Source of the DNA: Psammoneis japonica
Taxonomy: Eukaryota
Length of the DNA: 64,000 bases
Assembly (NCBI GenBank): GCA_008632985.1
Contig: QPGO01000112.1
Location: 62,001 to 126,000 of the forward strand
Direction: 5' to 3'
Shown: positions 1 to 10,400 of the stretch, one piece after another
How positions within the stretch are numbered: position 1 is the stretch's first letter
How the letters are laid out: every line of letters begins with the position of its first letter
Notes under the pieces: model-generated
The model's database searches: none
What the model was told of the DNA's origin: nothing
Seen by the model: only the letters and a program-made list of their open reading frames with translations
Program-made: the position numbers and the translations under genes

Positions 1-812
1 TTGACTTTGCCGAATTGGCTCCTCTGGTCGTCTGTGACCCTGTGCTCGATCTGAAGCCTTTCTTTGGCTTGGACGGTTGCCGCTGCGACAACACCTGCAC
101 CCTGCTGCCGCGTTCTGCTGTGGTGTTCAGCTCCCCCAACCCAGCAGAACTAGTTGCTCAGTGCTGAGCGCTCGAAGCACTAGATTGCTGCACCGCCCAG
201 TCCACCGTGCACGGCAAACAACGCGTTACCTTCATGGAGACGGACAGGAGCAAGCATTCCACGATTGGCCTGGCTGCCATGAGAGACGCTCGAATTTCTT
301 GCAAGCAGCCTGGCATGGCCGACCAACACACTCACCACCTCACCAGACTTCTTTCACGCATGGAGCACCTTGTCAATGAGTGCGTGGACCATGCCATCCT
401 CAAGGGTGTCGCTCGTGTCAAAAAGTTTCACAACTGGAAATCCCTGGCACGGTCAGATGGCATTTTCTCCTCTCTGGCGGCTGGGCGCAATGTCTTCCTC
501 AATGCCCATCGGGACCAGGACTTCTTCCTGTCAGTGGTCACCATGGTGGGAGTCCCTCCGTCCGGCAGCCACACCATGAATGATGGGATTGTGGCGTGCT
601 TCTGCTTCCCTGCCGAAGGCATCTCCGTTGCACTCCGGCTTGGTGATGTCATCATTTTTAACCCCACCAAGTGCCACCGCATCTCCAGCAGGACAAACTC
701 AAACGACGAGTTCTTCTGCGTGTCTCTCTACCTGAAGAGTGCTGCAGTGGGCAAGAGTGACAATTCAATCCCCCTTTCTCTAGAGGAAGAGACCATTCTC
801 AGGCGACTGTGA
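1..812 (+). pseudogene. TET/JBP-like 2OG-Fe(II) dioxygenase, 3' part, with in-frame TGA at 165-167
   Basis: GRNVFLNAHRDQD (HxD), FCFPAEGISVALRLGDVIIFNPTKCH (distal His) and VSLYLK resemble the double-stranded beta-helix motifs of TET/JBP-type oxygenases. The TGA corresponds to CGA in copy B. Confidence 0.65.
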
Positions 813-1034
813 CAGTGCAAAATAACTTGCTAAATTTGCGTAAATTTGCTGACTTTCTGTGCTCAGGCGACTGTGCAGGCACCTGCCAATTTGCTGGATT
901 TGCGCAAATTTGCCGACTTTCTGTTCTTCCTCGTTCCCATTTTTCGAACCACAACTGGGGCTACGCCTTTCCAACCAATGCTGCAGTTTCGCTGAAAAAC
1001 ACCAACACACTGTGCTGCTAATTTACAGAGCACA

Positions 1035-1673
1035 CTACACGGCAAACGTTTTGCCAGATGCAGAGCTTCTCCCCCCCGACTTGGGGAGTAGACGCGATTT
1101 CTTCTTCCGATTCATGGCACCCGACATCGCCTTCCTCTTCTTCTTCTTCTTCTCCGATTCGTCCAAGTTGCATCTGCAGAGAAATTCCTCCCCGGGCATG
1201 ATTCGCTTCGTGACTGCCAAGCACCCGTCATTGTAGAACTCGCAGTTGTTGTCTGCGTGTTGGCTTGCCTTGATCTTCTTCTTGTCCTTGAACGACTCGG
1301 TGGCATCGTTCACGCAGTGCATTCCGAGGCAGAGTGGATGGGAATTCTTGTTCCCTGGACTGCTAAAATCAAGCAGTTTTGGCTCCACTGTGACGTGGCA
1401 GCCCTCACTGTCATGGATGGTGGAGCAGCACACGCTGTGGTCTTCTCCAAACTTGCTGTCGTGGTCGCACCACGAGCAGCTCCTTGTCGCACCGGGCACC
1501 CTGGGGCCCACGTAGATTCCAACCATGCTGCCTTTCTGGAACTGGCGCAAAGCAAAAAAACCAATGCCTGCACCCCTCCGTTGCGACACGCGCAGCTCAC
1601 CCACCTCCACCTCCTTGGGGCCTGCGGAGCGAATGGACTTTTCGAGGCAAAACAACGCAGGTTGAAGTGACAC
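1035..1673 (-). pseudogene. SET-domain protein with basic C-terminal tail (mutated element ORF)
   Basis: GAGIGFFALRQFQKGSMVGIYVG, then MHCVND, NNCEF, AVTKRIMPGEEFLCRCN match SET motifs (GxGLFA..I.KG..IG.Y.G; NH; GEEL..Y) with Tyr replaced by Cys. KKKKKRK..RKKKSR is NLS-like. Confidence 0.75.
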
Positions 1674-1679
1674 GGCGCC

Positions 1680-2630
1680 TCATCCAAATGTGCACACTTC
1701 TGCACTTGCTCTCTTCATGAGGTGGACCAGTGTGAGCAACCACCCCGCTTCGAAAGCCTCAACGGCGGTCTTGAACACTTTGTTGCTCTTCGGCGTCGAG
1801 TCTGGGATGCCCCTCTTGCCGACTTCCGTGCGGCACCTCCACACCCACTTGCAGTGTTCGCCGTGAGCATTCGCGACGGCTTCAGGGTCGCTCCTGATGC
1901 ACCCCAGTTCTCCCAGCACGGGGAACCAGAGGTCGGGATCACTCGGCGCATCCTTCATCAGGCACATGGACTCCTGGAAATTATCGGATTTTTCGTGCCG
2001 CAACACCCAGTCCCACAAGTCGAATGACGGATCGTTGGGGTCCGGAAATTGCTTTCCTTCTTCTTCCTCTTCCGCCGTTGCTTTCGTGACCACTTTGGCC
2101 ACGGGCTTGGCTGCCTCCTCGCTTTTGCCGCTGCAAAAAGGCAGGACCTCCGGTTTCACAAAGGTGGCCTGATCACCCACCAACTCGATCTTGCAACCGG
2201 CCTCAAGGAGCTGCTCGGCGGTGCAACCCAGCTGCTGTGCTTCATTCCAACCACAAATTTGAAAGGTTGGCTCCGGCGGCACGGCTTTCTCCCTCTTTTC
2301 AGTTTGGGACTGCACCGGCTTCTCTGACATCCTTGCGCGTTCGGACTCGACGGACACACCCTCGGCACTTCCCTCGGCACCAAGTGCAGTCATGGCAGCT
2401 GCCGCCGCGCCTTCGGCGCCCGTGAGTTCTGCCATGACTTCCGGAGCTGCCACATCCTCTGCTTTGCCAGACGCAACGATGTTGTCCTCCGCCATTCTAG
2501 CGCCGTGATGACAGAGCTGCACTGACTGCTGTGTGGTGTGCTGCTTCATTCCAGCCGTTGGCGATCCACATCCTTCTGCGCACGTAAACGTATGACACTT
2601 CGCACCAAATTCCACGTAGCGCGTCTGCAC
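1680..2630 (-). pseudogene. Unknown element ORF, in frame with and upstream of the SET ORF
   Basis: 316-codon ORF conserved in copy B (60640-61620). Separated from the SET frame by a single TGA. Confidence 0.5.
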
Positions 2631-3065
2631 CTGTCTACGTCCGTCTTCACTACTGTACGCACTACGGTGCTGCAGCGCACCCTTTCAAACCTTCATTAAT
2701 GTTTATTTTTTCCTTCCTTTTCCTTTTCTCTTCTTCTTCTATCTGGCTGGGAGGAACTGCTGGATAGCCGGTGTATTGAAGCTTTCACTAAAGGAGGCTA
2801 CTGTAAGTTCCTTTTCTTTCTAGAGAGTCTAGAGGGCGTATCTCTTTTGCGTCGTCTGGAGAGGACAAACTGAACACCTCTAGCCTCTAGAGAGAGAATG
2901 CAAGTCGACTACGTAGGTGTCGCTCATGTCAAAAACTAAAAAAAAATAGATGTCGAAGAACTCACTTTTGATCTCCTCGTGACAAACTTAGCTTACAACA
3001 TGCTACCGTGATATGACATACTCAGTAGGAGTAACCAATTCCTTGTCACTACCAGCGAACGGTAC

Positions 3066-5544
3066 TTAAACGCCGCCCCTTCGCTCGATGTGAACAAGGT
3101 CCAAAACTTGGCGAAGATTGCCACTCGTAACGAGCCAGTCCCGAAAGCCTCTGTTCAACTCTTCTTCGAAACGAACTTGCTGTTCCTCTGTTAAATTCTT
3201 TTGGATCGCTTGTTGCAGGCTTCTCACTCGATCGGCCTTGTCCAAAGCTCGTCGCTCGTATTCCAATGGCAGATGAAACGGAGATAACTGCAGGATTTCC
3301 GCTAAATTGCGACAGTACTGGCTCTCCGTGACCCCTGTGGAAGATTCACCGTTTTGACGTTGCTCTTCAGTCTCCAATCGTCGCTGCTTCGCAGTGTCGG
3401 CCTCCAACGGGACTAGGAGTACTTGGAACTCAGAAGCAGGTAGCAGAACAGGAGTGTGCATAGTGTCATCATTTCCAGTACCAGACTTTGATCCTGTAAC
3501 CGCCTTATCATCTGCGCCAACTTGAGCTGCAGCTCCAGTAGCCCCGCCGGGAGATGTACCACCTGACGCAACCTGCGGAATCTCCAATTTGGAGAGTTCT
3601 ACCGGCTGCTTCCATTTATTGCTTGCACATTGCAACGGTGGGTAAGACGCGTCGTTTTCTTGGTTTCGATTCCCGTGGTAAGGAGACATGCTTTCTGGCA
3701 CAATAGCAGCAGCCAACCCTGTCGCCAACAAATCATCTCGAAGGCCATCATAATATGTGTTATACGGAGCAAATTGACAGTTGCGATTGTCGCCTACCAA
3801 CAAGGGTGGACTCGGTGTGAATATGCAATGAAGAACGTCAAAAGAATTGCTGACAAGCATTCGTCTCGAAGCGGATGTGACTGTCGTCTTTTCACAATTT
3901 ATAACATGAAGCAAGCCGGCTACAGCACCCACGACAATTGTACATCCGGTACAAGCGGCAATCGTCACGTGCTCAAAAGGCTGCAGCAAATACATGTGTG
4001 CATCAGAACAGTCGTATATCACCAAATCATGAAGACGACCACCACCAGATGAAGATACCCCAACATTTGACCCAGAAGAAGTAGATGCCCCCGACGACGG
4101 TCCATTGTCGGAGTAGTGAGAAGTCGGTTTGAGCAGTATGGTTGTTCCCCGCAAATGCGAGTAACTCAGTTCCTTTTGGTACGACTGTTGTGGTTGTGTT
4201 GCACGGCTCGTTTGCTCCTTTGCACCTGTTGATGTATCATCGCTGCTCTGGCGTGACTTTTTCTCTGAAAGTGACATAGAAGACAGTGCGGCAGTAGGGA
4301 CATCCTCCTCGCTGTGAGACGAGGATTGTGACCCCTCCGATTCCTGGTCGTGACCAGCCATAAGAAGTTCGAGTTCCAAGTGCCGCCGTATTTCTCGTTC
4401 GACTTCTGAAAGTGCAATTGAAGCTGTGGGGGGGACTTGTGACGAGTAGAGTACCGTCCATAGGAGGTCTCCAATCTTTAGTGGTGGGTCGTCGACGCCT
4501 CCGCCAGAAGGAGGTTGCAGCCAGAAATGAAATCTCTCAATGTCGTCCATCTTCAGTCTCACATCGGATCCTACATTGCCGTGTTCTTCATCGTGCTGTC
4601 GACGCAAGTCCTCTGCACTATGTTGGTTTGTTGCTCTTCTATTTGCGGAGGAGAGTGATGGAGGAGCAGGTGAAGGTATAGCCGCTAAATGCATGCAAGC
4701 ACGAACAGCCTCTGGATTGTGCGACACTGCTGACAGTAGCAAGAGTTTTCGCAAATGACGTAGTGCGTAGGCAATACAATGGGAGTTGTCGTTGTTCCAC
4801 CCTGCATGTATCCTAGTCCTGATTTTGTGAAAGAACAAAGGTGCACATGAGAGGGCACCAGGAAAACGAAAAAATAACTACAGGCGCGTTGCGACAGAAA
4901 CAAACATACCGTGGCGACAGAGCAGGATGCTTGAGGAGGCTTGTGAAATCCACTTTCCCTCTTGCGTTTTGAAGAACCGGTTCTGCAACACCAGAAGTTC
5001 CACCATAGAAACGGCGTTCGTCCTGACCACTTAAATTTCTTACATATGCCGATTCTTCACAATGCAGTAAAAGGAATGTGCCGATAAGCCACACGGGAAG
5101 TTCTTTCGCGGATGCTGAAGTTGAATATTTCTTCTTTTCGCCGCCGTGACCGGGCAGCGTTGTTGGAGTATTTCCGCTGCCTAGACTGCTCATACTTCCA
5201 CAACTTAGGATTGGAGGGATATGAGATTGATTTTCTTGATAATCTGCAGCATACGATTGTCCAGCCGAGTAAAGTGTATGATACATTGTAGCCATTTCCC
5301 AGAACAACGCTGCTGATGGTTCAGCCCATCCGAGCACACGCCATGCTTCTGTTATCCATAGAGTATATGGTATTACATTTTTTCGGTACGCTTGCTCCGA
5401 CAAGGCCGATGCAATAGCTAGACACAACGATGGCGTCAACTCACGGGCATGCTTCGGACTTAGTACGGCGCCTTCGAACGCATGGGGTTTGATGGATAGC
5501 CTCAGAACGGTATTTTCCGCAGTCGGAGTCCCTCCTGAGCTCAT
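3066..5544 (-). CDS. TBCCD1: TBCC domain-containing protein (TBCCD1-like), 2 exons
   Basis: C-CAP/TBCC beta-helix LVIYDCSDAHMYLLQPFEHVTIAACTGCTIVVGAV...FAPYNTYY and C-terminal FRDWLVTSGNLRQV. A GTATGT...ATCAG intron at 4909-4819 joins the two ORFs in frame. Confidence 0.85.
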
Positions 5545-6221
5545 TGTGCGTCACTCCAAACGCGATATTCACCAACCAGTCAACCCACGATGCGGCCGAG
5601 AGCGACGAGTCAACCAACGAAAGCAATAACAAGTCGTTCAAAATTCAGAAAAAGCAATGCTTGAAAGCCGATGTATTTTTTGTGTTTTTGCGGGGTGTTC
5701 TGAATTCCAAAAAATAATGTCTCCTCTCTTCAATTGAATAAATCTCTTTTGTTTCCTGACTTATCTACAGAACAGGCAGTCGCTGCAAAACCCTTTCCCC
5801 CATTGGTGGCAGACAGGTCCGTCGAAACACAAAGCAACGTCAAGAGAAGCGGACGAGCGTGAAGGCGCATTGTGTTGTGTCTTCCAAAGCACGCACGGCC
5901 CAAAAAAAATTCTGCATATTTCTACAATATTCATGATATTTGTACTCAACGGTAAAATAGTACTACAGGAATAATTATCTATATATTCTTGTTACATTTA
6001 TGATATTTTAATGAATGAAGGACGTTTTATCCGATCAGATCGACCGGACGACAGACGAGAGGCCGAGCTAGCGAAATAAACTCGCAAGAGGGACAATGGC
6101 GAAACGGCCCCCACAACCCACAACTAAAGTACTTCTAATTCTACTCTAAACAAGCGCACCATTGCCATCGTACATAGTACATCCCGCCCAGGCTCTATAG
6201 AGAATACCGGTATTGTCAAAG

Positions 6222-6689
6222 ATGAGTTCGTCGAAATCACGTCCCAGCGAAATAGTGTCAATCACCGATGATGAACGCAAGTTGCAACAACGCCTTCATG
6301 AACTCTTGACCCGATTAGCATCAACTTCAGGTATTATTAAGGATTGGCCCGAGAGTGAAGCTGACGATCCCTCGATTCACATGCAAACGACCAACAACCT
6401 TATAATATTGATTCAAGAAGTAATCAAGTCCATTGAGAAGGTAGAGGGCGTGATAAAGGCCAGTGAAACATTGTCGAAGGCCCTGAGAGAGTGCCCCATT
6501 CCTCTTGATCTCTTGGATCTGATGGACTACAATAACGGTGTGAATCCGGAGTGCTTCTCTAGGGAGTTGCTCCGCGAAGCTCTTGGTCAATTAGCGGGGC
6601 TACAGCGGCGAAAACTGGCTCTTCAAATGCTCGGTGCTGAGATCCAGTCAGGTTTGAACAAGAGAGCTGCAGCCGCGAACAAATCATGA
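6222..6689 (+). CDS. MED10: Mediator subunit 10 (Nut2)-like
   Basis: IPLDLLDLMDYNNGVNPECFSRELLREA...RRK resembles the MED10 IPxExxxxID.GRNP motif. Size (~155 aa) is appropriate. Confidence 0.75.
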   Translation: MSSSKSRPSEIVSITDDERKLQQRLHELLTRLASTSGIIKDWPESEADDPSIHMQTTNNLIILIQEVIKSIEKVEGVIKASETLSKALRECPIPLDLLDLMDYNNGVNPECFSRELLREALGQLAGLQRRKLALQMLGAEIQSGLNKRAAAANKS

Positions 6690-7460
6690 TTTTACTATGA
6701 GCTGCGGATGCAGTGAGCTGTGATCTCGATTTTAGTCTTTGAGAACCCATCAACTCGTACGATATTAATACTTGGTGGCATTAATGAGACAGATTCCTCA
6801 CAAAATCTTCATGGCTCTGCAGAACTGATTGGAGTGCTGGTAACATTCCTTCTCTGTTTCCGCCTCTAAAACTCCATAGTCTTGGAACTTCGTTCTTACA
6901 TCTCTATCATACTTCTTGAATGGCGTTCTGATGTACCGTCTCTTTATTTGTAGCCCTCTTCTATTGTTCAAGTCAAACTAGACGTCGCTACAGTACCCAA
7001 TCATCTAAAATCATTCTACTGCGCCGCGGAGAAGCTAGAAATGCTGATGAACCTTACATACTTGGCACTATCTCTAGAGAGTAGGCGTGCCCTCTCGTTA
7101 ATTGATTAGAGAATCACATTGAAGCAAACAGAGAACGAGATGGCCATGGGCTGGTGAAGGAAAGAAGCTAATGTTGTGTCGGTCTTGTTTTATTCGAGCG
7201 AATCGTACTCCGTCAGTATGTCTACCGTATTCTAACGCGTGGTACAAAACGCCAGTAAAACTCAGTCGTGATAAAGTCCGCGAAAAATTCGTTCCAACGT
7301 TCGATGCGATGCGTTCGATCCGCGCTTTGAAGTTCTGCCAAAGAACAACGGGAGACTTGCGACCATTTCACATTGTCAAAAACCAAAATTGGCAGTACAA
7401 TCACCGGGAATCGTGCTTGTATACAATTCCATCGATTGGATTTTAATTGACGCTTTTTCG

Positions 7461-10400
7461 ATGGCTTCAATTTGGAAGCAACGTCTTTATGCTTTCCTCC
7501 TTCGCAGAATTCTTGGCCCGTACCTGTCGGAAGCTTCCAATCGGGAATTACACAATTCCGTTGAGGTGTCGATTCAAGAAGGGAAATTCGCTTTAAAGGA
7601 TGTCTCCCTGAACGAAGAGTATTTGAATACTCTGATACCGCCAAGTTCTAGTGGTTCTAATGCGTCATCCTTTCCGATTGCATTTCGGAGGGTGCGAATA
7701 CGGCAACTCCTGATTCAGTTGTCCATTGAAGAAACAGACAAGACTTCAGTAACACCCGATGGTCAGTCTAAATTGACAGGAGTAGCCGTGGTGGCGCATG
7801 TGGAACTTGACGGTGTCGAAGTCGAAATTGAGCCAGGTGCGACACAGCCTCCTGCCTCTTCAACGTCATCCCCACAAACTGACGAAGGTACATCCAAGTC
7901 TGAAGGGAGCATGGTATCATCTTATTTAGACAAGGCGATATCTTCTCTTCGGCTAAGCCTTCAATTGAGCGACATTTGTCTTCGATTTGTGTCTACGGAA
8001 AACAACAACCCCACTAGCTGGATAGAGTTACGGCTAGCTTCGGCTTTTTATCACGACGTATCGCCTGAAACCGATGAGTCTGCCGTCAAGAAATCAGAAT
8101 CTCACTCTGAGACTTTGTTTAATAAAGCTATTGAATTTGCGGGAATTGAAATTCATGCTGGCGAGACTCCAAATAGAGGCATCCCCAGAAAGACTGGTGT
8201 AGGTTACGAGAAAGAGTCTCGCAGTGTGCTTGGGCGGACCGAAGGAACAGGCCACATTTTGTTTCGTGCTGTTGCACATATGAATCCCTTGTCGACGACA
8301 TCTGTCCCATCTGAGAATGATGACTCTGTGACAGAGGAAGACCAGGTTGAAGTTGCCCGAAGAATCCAGCAGGACCTTGACTTAACGCTTGGTCACCGTT
8401 TCAACGTTTCAGTCGACAAAAGGTCACTTTCTCAAATAGCCTTGGTGGCAAAAAGCTTTCAAACACATCACAGAGCAGATGAGAATGCCGCGCAGCTGGA
8501 GTCGCGAGGTCCGAGACAAACGGCGACACAGCCCCGAATGCAGATGGATATCGACAATGGAAAGGAAAGCGACAGTGCAGACATTAAAGCGTTGTCTGGC
8601 ATGATGAAGCAGTACTATGAAGCAAGAGAACTTGTGGAGTCAAATCAGTTGCGTGGAGGAATGTTGTTGCCATCGTCTCCTGATGATTCAAGACATGATA
8701 ACGTGGACACCGAGCAGGTTCCAACTTTCGATACCTTCTTCGACGCGAACGACCAAAGTTTTTTCCATTACAAGTCTGTCTTGGAAGAAAGTCTTGTGGA
8801 AGCAGACCTGGAAGAAGACGGTGGGGCTGATTTTGTTCACACTAGGATCAACATCCGACTACTGGGGGGTGGAATCAGAGTGTGTTTCCCCACCAATGAA
8901 CAGAGTGAAGGGAGGCATTACATTTCGGGATGTGAATACATGCTTCTAACGTTGAACGACATTGAAATATTATCATCAATCTCATGCACGATGTCTGACG
9001 CATCAATAACCGTATCTCACGTTGAAATTGAAGACTCTGTGTTGGATTATGGTGGAAATGCGGTCATAAGATCAGTGCTTCGCTTCGTACAGGTGAGTCA
9101 CGCAAGGTACCTTTTCTTTGAACCATATTCTGTGTTTCTGCTGTTGTGTGGAACATCTCACGATTCTCGCGTATACTCTAATAACGCGCAGAGTGACGAA
9201 GCCAGTGATGCGGATATCGCTGATGTGTTGTCCCAACCTTCCTGTGTGTCTCTGCGCGGCATCAAAACCAAGAGTCGTGGACACCCAAAGAGCCTCGAGG
9301 TTGATTTAAGCTTACAGCCGCTCGATGTAGCCTATCGCTTGTCGACTGCACAGAAGCTTAGCCAATTGGCGAAGCAATTTGTTTCTTTATTGGGGACGGG
9401 CGAATCTAAGACGGGAATAGAAGATTATGGCACAAAAGATTCTTCCTGTCCAATTGCTTGCTTCACTTGTATATGCCCATCAATAACCGTTTCTTGCGCC
9501 GAACAAGATTTGGATCATAGAAAGAAGGAGACCAACAGTCTCGTGACGGAAAATTGTTATGCTGCTTTTGATAGGTGCGGATACGATCTAAATGGCATGC
9601 CAGCGACTCGAACTGGTCACGTTGGAGTAACCATCGATGGTGTCTCCCTTGAAGTCAAAGCTGAATCTAATTCAAGCAGTCAGTCGGAAAGCTTGATTGT
9701 TACCTGCAACAATATCATCAATTTTGTAACTTACCCATCGATTGATCGTGCAGGGCGTATCGTTGGAATGAAAAGAATGGACTACTTGGTCCTTTGCGGC
9801 CAAGTAGAGATTGAGCCATATGCTCCTATTTCGATTACGTACAAACGGAGAGTGGCGAATTCTCTGGATGACGTTAAAGACCTTGGAAGAAAAGCTTTTC
9901 CTATCGTGCCCTCTCTTTCGGCTTTCAAAGCTAGACAAGAGGATGATGATGGAGACGAGGACGCCGACGAAACAAAAGGCACTGAACACATCGAGTCACC
10001 AGTTCCTGCGTTCAGTGGCTCGCACCCTGAAAGACAAATGGTTGCAGACGCTGAAGAATGCGATGCAGTTGCTCACGTGCACATCCCGACTATTTGGGGC
10101 GATTTCTCTCGAATGGAGGCAAGCATGATATTGCAGATGGTCGAATCGGCCACAGATAGATCGAGTGAAACACGTGAACCCGATTCCGAAGAAGCTTCCG
10201 TTAAATCTTGTGCGGGTCTTGGTATCGCCCTTCAGTGCGATCAGATCTGTTTAACGGCGCATTGTCTGTCACTTTCAGACTACAACGATTCGAGCGCGTT
10301 CGATGGCGGCACACACTCGTATGCATGCATAAGTAATGGATGGAAAGCTTTCGCTCTGATTGATGAGTCAGCGTTAAAGAATGTTAGAACCCTAGTGCAT

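Larger units (their letters stand above)
1..2775. mobile_element. Copy A (partial, runs off window) of a repeated element carrying TET/JBP-like and SET-domain ORFs
   Basis: Reverse-complement match to 60525-63299 along its whole length. Homology ends sharply at ...GGATAGCCGGTGTA (2775). TpA-poor, unlike the flanking genes. No transposase is visible in the window. Confidence 0.85.
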
